Assembly: GCA_905182865.1 (NCBI GenBank)
Contig: CAJJCY010000003.1
Coordinates: forward strand, 393,740 to 457,739
Direction: 5' to 3'
Source of the DNA: an uncultured SAR324 cluster bacterium
GTDB taxonomy: Bacteria > SAR324 > NAC60-12
Length of the DNA: 64,000 bases
In this document: in pieces, positions 19,325-28,359 of the stretch
How positions within the stretch are numbered: position 1 is the stretch's first letter
Layout: every line of letters begins with the position of its first letter
Notes under the pieces: generated by a model
What the model was told of the DNA's origin: nothing
What the model saw: only the letters and a program-made list of their open reading frames with translations
Databases searched by the model: none
Program-made: the position numbers and the translations under genes

Positions 19325-20923
19325 TTGATTTTGAAAAGCGTCCAAGATCAAAAAGGCAATTTCATAGGCTTAAAAAATTATCTAATTTACCTGAATGAAC
19401 CAGCACTTTTTCAATCTTTTTTTAACAGTTTGTTCATTGCAATTGTTTCAACCATTATTGTTGTTATTTTAGCATTTTCATTTGCCTATGCTCTTACGCA
19501 CACTCGGATGCCGTTTAAAGGATTTTTCCGTCTTATTGCGTTAATTCCTCTGCTCAGCCCGTCCATCTTGGCGGCCATCGCTCTGGTTTATTGGTTCGGC
19601 AATCAGGGTGTTTTGAAAGAACTGCTGTTTGGATATTCCATCTATGGTCCGATTGGGATTGTCATGGCGTCTGTCTATTGGACGTTTCCGCATGCTCTGA
19701 TGATTTTGAGTACCTCGCTGTCTTTATCTGATGCACGGCTTTATGAGGCTGCCGAAGTCTTACACACGAGCAAATTGCGCGCATTTTTAACAATCACAAT
19801 TCCCGGAGCGCGGTACGGTATCGTCAGTACAATCTTTGTAATATTCACGCAGGTTTTTACAGATTTTGGGGTCCCCAAAGTGATTGGTGGAAATTACAAT
19901 GTTTTGGCCACAGATATTTATAAAGAAGTCGTTGGCATGCAGAACTTTCAGATGGGGGCCGTTATCTCACTGGTTTTGTTATTACCGTCATTATTTGCCT
20001 TTTTCATTGACCAGTATTCAAGGAAAAAACAAATATCCTTATTGACATCACGCTCAGTTGTTTTTAATCCAAAAAAGAGTTTTGGAGTTGATAGTCTCAT
20101 GCTGAGTTATTGTGTCCTCATAACACTGATCATTCTGATGATGATTGGCATGGCACAATTCGGAGCACTTGTTGAATTCTGGCCATATAACCTCTCGTTT
20201 ACTCTAAAGCATTATCAATTTGAAGTGGCAGGCCTCGGGTGGGAATCGTTTTACAATTCCGTCCGCCTTGCCTTTTATACGGCTATTTTTGGAACTGTTA
20301 TAATTTTCATAGGCTCATACCTTGTTGAAAAACTTAAATCTGATGAAAGATTCCGTGGTATTCTTCAACTATTTGCCTTAATGCCGATGTCTGTTCCGGG
20401 ATTGGTACTGGGGCTTTCCTATATATTTTACTTTAACGCCAAAGACAACCCGATAAACTTTATCTATGCCACCATGAGCATTATGGTTTTCAATACCATT
20501 GTCCATTTTTATACTGTTTCGCATCTTACTGGTGTTACTGCATTGAAGCAAATGGATAAAGAATTTGAGTCAGTATCATTATCTCTCAAAATCCCCATTT
20601 ATAAAATGTTCTGGAGGGTAACACTGCCGGTTTGTTTACCAACTATATTTGATATTGCCATATACCTTTTTGTCAATGCCATGACTACCGTTTCAGGTGT
20701 GATTTTCCTTTATACCTATAATACTACACTGGCTTCAGTATCTGCGATTCATCTCGATGAACAAGGGGATGTAGCAGCAGCAGCAGCAATGGCAATGTTA
20801 ATTGTTTATGTGTCAGTAGTGGTTCGTATCATACACGCCTTTTTCAGCAAAGGTGTTTTGCGTCGAACTCAAGCATGGAGACACAACACTCAAAATGTTG
20901 AAAACGATGCAAACAAAACATGA
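19325..20923 (+). CDS. Fused two-domain ABC transporter permease (iron(III)/AEP PhnU/V-like). Starts with TTG; the N-terminus is uncertain.
   Basis: Two six-TM permease halves and two EAA-like loops ('SLSDARLYEAAEVLHTSKLRAFLTITIPGAR' and a second copy). Confidence 0.75.
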   Translation: MILKSVQDQKGNFIGLKNYLIYLNEPALFQSFFNSLFIAIVSTIIVVILAFSFAYALTHTRMPFKGFFRLIALIPLLSPSILAAIALVYWFGNQGVLKELLFGYSIYGPIGIVMASVYWTFPHALMILSTSLSLSDARLYEAAEVLHTSKLRAFLTITIPGARYGIVSTIFVIFTQVFTDFGVPKVIGGNYNVLATDIYKEVVGMQNFQMGAVISLVLLLPSLFAFFIDQYSRKKQISLLTSRSVVFNPKKSFGVDSLMLSYCVLITLIILMMIGMAQFGALVEFWPYNLSFTLKHYQFEVAGLGWESFYNSVRLAFYTAIFGTVIIFIGSYLVEKLKSDERFRGILQLFALMPMSVPGLVLGLSYIFYFNAKDNPINFIYATMSIMVFNTIVHFYTVSHLTGVTALKQMDKEFESVSLSLKIPIYKMFWRVTLPVCLPTIFDIAIYLFVNAMTTVSGVIFLYTYNTTLASVSAIHLDEQGDVAAAAAMAMLIVYVSVVVRIIHAFFSKGVLRRTQAWRHNTQNVENDANKT

Positions 20924-21441
20924 TCTTAACTGAATTTGATTTTGTCTCGCCATCCAATTCTACCGGGAAACTGTTCCTTATGCGTTTCCCTGGACTCAAT
21001 GAAGAGAAAGTCTTTGAACATATTATTCTTCAAAGCACTTTCTCGGCCTTGGTAAAATTAGGCTGTTCTACGGTTGTCTCTCTGGTTGAGGACATAGAGT
21101 TTGAAAAAATCTGCGGCAAAGAGATTTTTCACGAACAGATCAGTAAACATGATTTACAATGGCATCATCTTCCAATAGTTGATTACAAGGTGCCTGATAC
21201 AGAGTTCATCCGCAATTGGAGGACTGTATGTAAGTCACTTAAGCAGGAACTTCAGAAGGGGAACAGCATCGGGTTGCACTGTAAAGGTGGTATTGGCCGT
21301 TCAGGAACAGTAGCAGCCATGTTACTCATTGAAAATGGTGAAGAAAATACAGAAGCCATCCAGCATGTTCGGCAGAAAAGAAAAGGTGCTATTGAGAACC
21401 AACTGCAGGAAGATTTCGTTTTAAATTTCAGTATCAAATAA
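20920..21441 (+). CDS. Cys-based protein-tyrosine/dual-specificity phosphatase-fold protein
   Basis: CX5R P-loop 'HCKGGIGRSG'. The start overlaps the permease stop (ATGA), which suggests co-translation. Confidence 0.7.
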   Translation: MILTEFDFVSPSNSTGKLFLMRFPGLNEEKVFEHIILQSTFSALVKLGCSTVVSLVEDIEFEKICGKEIFHEQISKHDLQWHHLPIVDYKVPDTEFIRNWRTVCKSLKQELQKGNSIGLHCKGGIGRSGTVAAMLLIENGEENTEAIQHVRQKRKGAIENQLQEDFVLNFSIK

Positions 21442-21626
21442 GATTCGATTGAAAAAAGCGAACTGGGCCATACTTTTCCCATATAATTCAACAGCGCATT
21501 AAGCTGTCAATTTCGACATCGACTTGACCTACATGGTTTTTAGTGCAATTGTAAGGAAGTCGTTCAGTAGAATTATTATTTTGGTTAAAGTTTTCAGAAG
21601 AATTTTCTTACTTATTGTAGAGTAAA

Positions 21627-22886
21627 ATGAGTTCAAATACATTGCCAAATACAAAAAATGTACACATCATCGGTGCAGGTATCGTTGGATTGTGCTGTGC
21701 GCTCCATCTACAACGAGACGGTTGGCAGGTGACTCTAATCGACAAGGTTGGACCCGGTGAATCTTGCTCTTTCGGCCATGCCGGAGTTCTTTCCGAAACT
21801 TCCGCTCTGCCAAATGCGATGCCCGGAGTAATGGTAAAAGTCCCCAAATGGTTACTTGATCCGGAAGGTCCGCTTTACATTCGTTTTAGATATTTGCCCC
21901 AACTTTTGCCTTGGTTATTGCGCTTCCTCAAAGCTGGAACCGCAAGCGAATCTGAAAATACGGTGCGGAGTCTATTAGCACTTAACGCCGGTACAGTTGA
22001 GAAATATCAGACCTTAGTTAATGGTTCACAAGTCAGAAGTTTAATCCGACCTTCCGGGTATTTGAATGTCTATCAAAATGAATCTTCATTCAATCATGCT
22101 TCCAGGGGATGGGAATTATTACGGAGACATGGTGCTCAACTACGTATGCTATCCGGAGAAGAATTGCATGAGTTAGAACCAACACTATCCCCTTCTTATA
22201 TCCGAGCAGTTTTAATCGAAAATCAAGGCTATACCACCAATCCTTTTCGGCTGGCGCAGGTGTTGAGCGAACAGTTTTCTCAAACAGGTGGAATAATTTT
22301 GCGAAGGGAGGTTAGAGAAGTACGCTTATCAGCAGAAGGAAATGTGAGACTGAATTTAGACCTAGGTTATGTTGAGTCCAAGAAACTTGTGGTGGCTGCC
22401 GGAGCGTGGTCGCACCGATTCACAGCCCAACTAGGAGTCAGTATCCCCTTGGAAACAGAGCGTGGCTATCACGTCACCATCGCTCATCCCGAGGTGCTGC
22501 CAAGCCATGTCATCATGGAAGCGGAACGTAAATTTGTGGCAACTCCAATGGAAATAGGGTTACGGTTTGCTGGAACAGCAGAACTAGCTGGATTAGAGGC
22601 TCCTCCAAACTATAAGCGTGCAGAAATTTTGTTGCGTTTAGGTAAACGTATGTTTCCAGGAATTTCAGGAACAGAAAAAACAGAATGGATGGGACATCGA
22701 CCCAGTCTCCCGGATTCACGTCCAGTGATCGGAAAGTGTCCGGATGCACCCAACATACTATTTGCTTTCGGACATGGTCACCGAGGTTTGATTGGCGCCC
22801 CAATGACTGGAGAAATTATCACTGACCTGATAGCAAATCGTCCACCTAAAATTGACATCACTCCATTTAGTCCAGAACGTTTCTAG
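21627..22886 (+). CDS. FAD-dependent oxidoreductase (DadA/glycine oxidase/D-amino-acid oxidase family)
   Basis: Dinucleotide-binding 'VHIIGAGIVGLCCALHL' and a DAO-family C-terminus 'GHGHRGL'. Confidence 0.75.
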   Translation: MSSNTLPNTKNVHIIGAGIVGLCCALHLQRDGWQVTLIDKVGPGESCSFGHAGVLSETSALPNAMPGVMVKVPKWLLDPEGPLYIRFRYLPQLLPWLLRFLKAGTASESENTVRSLLALNAGTVEKYQTLVNGSQVRSLIRPSGYLNVYQNESSFNHASRGWELLRRHGAQLRMLSGEELHELEPTLSPSYIRAVLIENQGYTTNPFRLAQVLSEQFSQTGGIILRREVREVRLSAEGNVRLNLDLGYVESKKLVVAAGAWSHRFTAQLGVSIPLETERGYHVTIAHPEVLPSHVIMEAERKFVATPMEIGLRFAGTAELAGLEAPPNYKRAEILLRLGKRMFPGISGTEKTEWMGHRPSLPDSRPVIGKCPDAPNILFAFGHGHRGLIGAPMTGEIITDLIANRPPKIDITPFSPERF

Positions 22887-23014
22887 TCAATTTATGAAAA
22901 TATTTATCTACAGATCAATTCCAGAATTATATTTGAAAGATCAGTGATAATATATGATCAATTAGTTAAAACAGATTGAGTAGATTACAAAAATTTTTGA
23001 TATATTTTTCTGAA

Positions 23015-23491
23015 TCAGGCTGCAATATCGTTGGATTCTTGAGTCTGGGAAATTACGGTAAATGCAGTTTGCAGTTCAATGGGAGTAAGTTCTTCAAGTT
23101 CAGTATGTTCACTGTTCAGGGTTCTGTTTATGAACTGAAGCTGAGGTTCTTTGGTAACATAACCCAATTGATTCAGTTGTCGATCCAAGGTTTCAAACAC
23201 CCTGTTACGTAACTGCTCATTGGTGTTTTTATCTTTTGCGAGAATTTGCTGTCCATGAAAATTAATAGTGTTTATCTCACCTTTATAAGACTGCTTCGAC
23301 AGAGTTTTGTCTCCTCTTAACTCTAATGCGACAATCACCGAAGTGATCGCCACTGAAGTCGGCAAAAAAACAATAAAATCATTTCCATAGTAACCCATTT
23401 GCTGGTTTTTACTAGTTTTACAGGGTTCAAAAGTCAGTTCTAATTTTATCTCAAATTCCTTAGATTCTGATTCGGACCAAGTGCTGTGCAA
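23015..23491 (-). CDS. hypothetical protein
   Basis: 158-aa ORF with one predicted TM segment and no motif. Confidence 0.3.
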   Translation of the reverse strand: MHSTWSESESKEFEIKLELTFEPCKTSKNQQMGYYGNDFIVFLPTSVAITSVIVALELRGDKTLSKQSYKGEINTINFHGQQILAKDKNTNEQLRNRVFETLDRQLNQLGYVTKEPQLQFINRTLNSEHTELEELTPIELQTAFTVISQTQESNDIAA

Positions 23492-23853
23492 TTAACTAGC
23501 TCAAATTTCTTCTCCCGGAGACAATGCAGAAAACAGACCAGCAAAAAATTAATGGCTTCACAAAAAGTCTGAAATCTTTGTGATATTAGTGAAGTAGTTT
23601 ATGAGAAATTTCTCGCTGTGCTCGGAATGACATGGTTTTAGAACTTTTTGCAGATTCATCAAAATTGTTAGAAAAATTAGCTGATGTCAATCAGAATTTC
23701 CTCAAATATGTTCCCATTGTTTTTAAACAACGACATTTTATGAAGCTGAATTTTTTTCTTCAATGCACAATTCAAGGCGGTTTTAACCGGAATTATACTC
23801 ATGCGATTGATGCAGTTAATGAGCGCAAACTGAATAGCAGAACTGCGTTAATC

Positions 23854-23869
23854 TGGCATTGAACTTGTA
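23854..23869 (+). promoter_or_regulatory. Sigma-54-like promoter TGGCAT-N5-TTGTA, 43 bp upstream of flgI
   Basis: Matches the -24 GG and -12 region spacing of TGGCAC-N5-TTGCW, but with T instead of C at -12. Confidence 0.3.
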
Positions 23870-23911
23870 TTACAAACTGGACACCAAAATCTTGAAGAAC
23901 ATTCATTTTTT

Positions 23912-25039
23912 ATGACCATGAAAAACCAACTGCCTTTTTTACGATTGGGTACTGCAGTGCTGTATTTCTTCCTGTTGGCTGTTTTGACAACACCAGCCTG
24001 GGGTGTGCGAGTAAAGGATATTGCAGCATTGCGGGGTGCACGTGACAACGCACTTATCGGCTTTGGTATTGTAGTTGGTTTGGACGGTACAGGCGATTCA
24101 CAGGAGAGTTTACTAACCAGAAAGCCGATTGTGAATGCCTTGGAAAGGATTGGGATTAGCTTAAAGAGCCAGGATATTTTAGGACGAAGTATTGCTGCAG
24201 TATGGCTGACAGCGACTTTACCACCTTTTGCAAAATCAGGACAACGTTTAGACATTACTGCCGCAACAATTGGTGATGCGGTTTCACTTCGTGGAGGAAT
24301 TTTGATAATGACTCCGTTACGGGGACCGGATAGACTTGTTTATGCCCTCGGGCAGGGTCCCATTGCGGGAATACCGAAAGGAGTCAGCAGAGCCGAAGCA
24401 CCACTGCCTACAGAAGAATTGGCTAATTTGTCGATAGGATCACGGATGGTGGCCTCAGTTGGACAGATTCACGGAGGAGCGATTGTAGAACGTGAGATTA
24501 GTTTAAATCTTAACAGCCGGGCCCGACTGTATATGAACTTGCATTCTCCAGACTTTACTACAGCATTCCGTTTGGCAAAGCTGATTAATCAGAATTTAGG
24601 TATCCGGAGTGCCCGGGCCCAGGATGCCGGCACTGTCGAAGTCTCAGTTCCTGATAGTTACTTGGGCAATACAGTGGAGTTGCTTTCCTTCATTGAAAAT
24701 ATGGAAATTACTCCAGATCATACTGCTAAAGTTGTTCTTGACGAACGGTCTGGAACTGTAGTGATGGGAGGCAGTGTCAGGATTTCGCCAATTGCAATTT
24801 CTCAAAACGGTTTGAATATTCAAGTTAAACTTCCAACTCTAAATGTAGAAGGAACCCAGGGTGAGCTGACTGAAGGAAGAATACTTGCTTCCAGTGTTTT
24901 TATGCTTAAAGGAGGTACTGACTTGAAGGAAGTTGTAGATGGCTTTAATAAAATAGGTGCTTCCAGCAGAGATTTAATTGAGGTGCTCAAGGCTGTAAAA
25001 ACTGCCGGCGCTCTTCATGCAGAACTTGTCATTCGATAA
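23912..25039 (+). CDS. flgI: flagellar P-ring protein FlgI
   Basis: Signal peptide followed by 'RVKDIA...GLDGTGDS' and the full-length FlgI profile. Confidence 0.9.
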   Translation: MTMKNQLPFLRLGTAVLYFFLLAVLTTPAWGVRVKDIAALRGARDNALIGFGIVVGLDGTGDSQESLLTRKPIVNALERIGISLKSQDILGRSIAAVWLTATLPPFAKSGQRLDITAATIGDAVSLRGGILIMTPLRGPDRLVYALGQGPIAGIPKGVSRAEAPLPTEELANLSIGSRMVASVGQIHGGAIVEREISLNLNSRARLYMNLHSPDFTTAFRLAKLINQNLGIRSARAQDAGTVEVSVPDSYLGNTVELLSFIENMEITPDHTAKVVLDERSGTVVMGGSVRISPIAISQNGLNIQVKLPTLNVEGTQGELTEGRILASSVFMLKGGTDLKEVVDGFNKIGASSRDLIEVLKAVKTAGALHAELVIR

Positions 25040-25045
25040 ACTAAA

Positions 25046-25366
25046 ATGAAAGTATCAATGCCGTTACCTTTATCTGTACTGACCTTAGGTGCAGATCGAT
25101 TTAAGGCGGCTCCTGAAATAAAAGGAGTCACCGAAGATGCAAAACTGCGTGAAACTGCCAGTGAGTTTGAGGCGATTTTTATCCAGCAGATGTTGAAAAC
25201 AATGCGGAAATCATCTTTTGAGTCTGATCTTCTTCCTAAGTCAGAAGGTGAAAAAATGTTCCAATCTCTACTGGATGAACAATATGCGAAAATTTCTGCA
25301 AAGTCCGGGAGTCTGGGCCTAGGAGAGATGATTTATCAGCAGTTGAAAACTAATTTAGATAAATAA
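25046..25366 (+). CDS. flgJ: FlgJ-type rod-binding protein (N-terminal domain only; no muramidase domain)
   Basis: 'ASEFEAIFIQQMLKTMRK...SLLDEQYAKISAKSGSLGLGEMIYQQL' matches the FlgJ N-terminal rod-binding domain. Confidence 0.7.
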   Translation: MKVSMPLPLSVLTLGADRFKAAPEIKGVTEDAKLRETASEFEAIFIQQMLKTMRKSSFESDLLPKSEGEKMFQSLLDEQYAKISAKSGSLGLGEMIYQQLKTNLDK

Positions 25367-25377
25367 TAATAAAACGC

Positions 25378-25405
25378 TAAAGTTTTGTGATTGATTGGCC
25401 GATAC
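25378..25405 (+). promoter_or_regulatory. Sigma-28 (FliA) class III promoter TAAAG-N15-GCCGATA, about 285 nt upstream of flgM
   Basis: TAAAG at 25378-25382 and GCCGATA at 25398-25404, close to the consensus TAAA-N15-GCCGATAA. Confidence 0.5.
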
Positions 25406-25689
25406 ATGCAATAAGGTGTTTCTGTGATTTGTCAGGAAAGCAAATATATGGTATTTCCAGACCCGGTAACATCTAACCTGAGGCCCAAGACTGAAGTGTC
25501 TGTATACGCATTTTAGGAAGCAAACGCTTCTTGAATCATGTTAGTTTACACGCCCTATGGGCCTTCTCAGGCTAGCGAACTGCACATTTTTAGTTGTGCT
25601 CGTCAGAGTCTGCGGGTATGCTTGTCGGCTTACACCGGACATTTCCGCAGAGATAGGGATCTAAACTATTTAACATTTACAGGTGAATT

Positions 25690-25986
25690 ATGAAAATAAC
25701 AGGTCAACAGTCCCCCGAGTTTCATGGTGTCAAGGGAGGGACTGCTAAAGACAGTCAGAAAACTGCAGAGCGTTCTGGATTGACATCCGGAACATCAGAA
25801 CCTCCAGTTAAGACTTCGACATTTGTGATGAATAAAATAAAAGATAGGATTTCAACTGAGCCGGAAGTACGTGCAGACCGGGTTGCAGAACTTAAAGATA
25901 AAATAAAAAATGGTGAATATCAGGTTGATGCGCAACGTCTTGCCAAAACAATGCTGGAGGATGCTCTTCAGGAAGATATAAGCTGA
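25690..25986 (+). CDS. flgM: anti-sigma-28 factor FlgM
   Basis: 98 aa with a C-terminal FlgM domain 'RADRVAELKDKIKNGEYQVDAQRLAKTMLE'. Confidence 0.75.
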   Translation: MKITGQQSPEFHGVKGGTAKDSQKTAERSGLTSGTSEPPVKTSTFVMNKIKDRISTEPEVRADRVAELKDKIKNGEYQVDAQRLAKTMLEDALQEDIS

Positions 25987-26049
25987 ATCTTAAGTGCTGA
26001 AAAATAACACGGCGGCCTAACTAAGTCCGTTAGATGGTGTCCTTTTAAG

Positions 26050-26532
26050 ATGCAAGAATTATTAAATATTATGCGACAGGAAGTGGAACTGCATGAGCAG
26101 TTGATTTCACAGTTGCAAAAAGAATCCGAGGGATTTGGGCGTTTACGCGGTTCAGAGTTGCTTAAAATTCAAGGCGAAAAGTCTCGTTGTGTACGTGCAA
26201 CTGCCAGACTCGAGAGGGAGCGGATTAAGTTTGTGGAAAAGCTTGCAGATTCCTGGAACACTAAACCAAAGGAACTGACTTTAAGCGTTATTATTGACAG
26301 GACTGAGGATGAATACTCAGAACCACTTCAGCATTGTTTTGAACGGTTGAAAAGCCTGGTTGCCGAAATCCGCAAAATTGCGGATGAAAACGCTCTCCAG
26401 GCATCAGGTCGCTTAAAATCTGTTGAATCCTCTATTAGGTTCATGAGTCAACTCCAGAACGGTCCTCCGACTTATTCAGATGCGGGGAAACTGCAAAATG
26501 GTACCAGCACAATGTCCCGTACCGAAGCCTGA
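26050..26532 (+). CDS. flgN: FlgN-family flagellar export chaperone
   Basis: Position between flgM and flgK and a coiled-coil FlgN-like N-terminus. Confidence 0.55.
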   Translation: MQELLNIMRQEVELHEQLISQLQKESEGFGRLRGSELLKIQGEKSRCVRATARLERERIKFVEKLADSWNTKPKELTLSVIIDRTEDEYSEPLQHCFERLKSLVAEIRKIADENALQASGRLKSVESSIRFMSQLQNGPPTYSDAGKLQNGTSTMSRTEA

Positions 26533-26585
26533 CTTTATAAGTCACTAAAATCGTTTAGGAACCCTAACCATTTCAGCATTGTCAC

Positions 26586-28277
26586 ATGCCTTCGCTCAAT
26601 AGTTCCCTAAATCTGGGACAACGCGCCCTGAGTATCAATCAGCGTTCAATGCAAACGGTTGGGCATAACATTGCCAATCAAGAGACTGAAGGTTTCTCCC
26701 GCCAGCAAGTTAGCTCAGGCACGTCTGCACCAGATCCCACTGGAGTAGGAGGAGGTGCTGACGCCGAGCCGACTACACGGGTTTATGATAAATTCGTGCA
26801 GCGCAAAATCCTCCAGGAAAATCCTCGTTCAGGCATGTTTAAGTCTAGAGGAGAATTCCTGCAAAAAATTGAAATTATTTTTAGTGAAACAGAGGGAAAC
26901 GGCTTACACCAAGCTCTAAACGAGTTTTGGAACTCATGGAGCCAGCTTTCGAATCAGCCGGAATCTGAATCAGCCAGAATGCAGGTAAAGGTGCATAGTG
27001 ATGTGCTGGCACGCCGTTTTCGTAACATGCACTCTCAACTTGACGGGCTGCGTAAAGAAATTAACGGCCGTCTGAATGCAAATATAAATAAAGTAAATGA
27101 ATTGGGCCAGAAAGTAGCCGAGTTGAATAGACAGATTAACTTATACGAGGGCGGCGGTCAGCGGAATGCCAACGATATGAGGGATGCCCGTAATCAGGCA
27201 GTTGAGGAGTTGTCAGACTTGGTGGATATTAACTCTTTTGAAGATCCCAACGGAAGAACTACAGTTATCATCGGCCGGGATTGGACTCTGGTAGAAGGAA
27301 ATAACCGCTATCAGCTTGAAGGTACAATGAAAGGCGGTGAATTGGGTATGCTCAGAGTCGATGGCGTTTCAACAAATGACAATCGCCGTGATTTGACCCG
27401 TACTTTTCGAGAAGGAGAAATGAGTGAAATGTTAAGAATTCGCGATGAAACAATTGTGAGCTACCAGCATAATCTCGACGAAATTGCCTTCAGTCTTGCA
27501 AGAAAAGTTAACAGGACTCACGCAACAGGTACTGGAATAAATTCTGCCGCAGAAATGATGAAGAGTACTTTCGGCTTAAATCCGGATGCACTTAATCAGC
27601 CCCTGCCCTTCCTGAAAGATGGAATATTTCAGCTTCATTTAGTTGATCCTAATAATGAAATTCTGGAAACTTATGAAATTGAGATACAGGCTGGGAAAGA
27701 TTCCTTACCCGATATTGTCCAACGCCTGAATCAAACCATCAACGATCCAGGATTGTTACAGGCTTCCATAGAGTCAGACGGCTCGCTGCTTTTACAAAGT
27801 GCACCTGACTACAAGTTCATTTTTGGTGAAGATCAATCCAGCATCACACAGGTTCTAGGTTTGAATAGTTTTTTTGATACACTCAAAGGAGCAGAAGATA
27901 TCCGGCTAAGTGAGCATATTCGTGAAAACACGAATAACATTTCAACAGGCAAGGACCTTATTCCTGGAGATAACCGAGTTGCACTGGAAATTGCGAAGCT
28001 TCAAACAAGTCCGACTATGAGAGATGAAACCATGACTTTTGATGAGTATTATAATGGTGTGCTCACAGGAATGGGTTTGAAAATTCAAAGAAATAAAACG
28101 GAACAGGCACAACAAGAAAGTATGGTGAGGCAGTTTAAGGAAATCAGGAGCTCTATCAGTGCAGTCAATATGGACGAAGAACTGACGGATATGATGCAGT
28201 ATCAGAAAGCATACGAAGCATCTGCACGTTTTATCAGTACAGTAGATAAAATGATGGAAACCGTTATTAATATGTAA
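26586..28277 (+). CDS. flgK: flagellar hook-associated protein 1 FlgK
   Basis: 'SLNLGQRALSINQRSMQTVGHNIAN' N-terminus and a conserved C-terminal helix. Confidence 0.9.
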   Translation: MPSLNSSLNLGQRALSINQRSMQTVGHNIANQETEGFSRQQVSSGTSAPDPTGVGGGADAEPTTRVYDKFVQRKILQENPRSGMFKSRGEFLQKIEIIFSETEGNGLHQALNEFWNSWSQLSNQPESESARMQVKVHSDVLARRFRNMHSQLDGLRKEINGRLNANINKVNELGQKVAELNRQINLYEGGGQRNANDMRDARNQAVEELSDLVDINSFEDPNGRTTVIIGRDWTLVEGNNRYQLEGTMKGGELGMLRVDGVSTNDNRRDLTRTFREGEMSEMLRIRDETIVSYQHNLDEIAFSLARKVNRTHATGTGINSAAEMMKSTFGLNPDALNQPLPFLKDGIFQLHLVDPNNEILETYEIEIQAGKDSLPDIVQRLNQTINDPGLLQASIESDGSLLLQSAPDYKFIFGEDQSSITQVLGLNSFFDTLKGAEDIRLSEHIRENTNNISTGKDLIPGDNRVALEIAKLQTSPTMRDETMTFDEYYNGVLTGMGLKIQRNKTEQAQQESMVRQFKEIRSSISAVNMDEELTDMMQYQKAYEASARFISTVDKMMETVINM

Positions 28278-28359
28278 TGAATCAAGCAAAAGAAACAGAA
28301 GAAAGGATGCTGCAACTCAAGACTTTTGTCAAAAACTTAAACCACAAGTCCTTTAAAAA

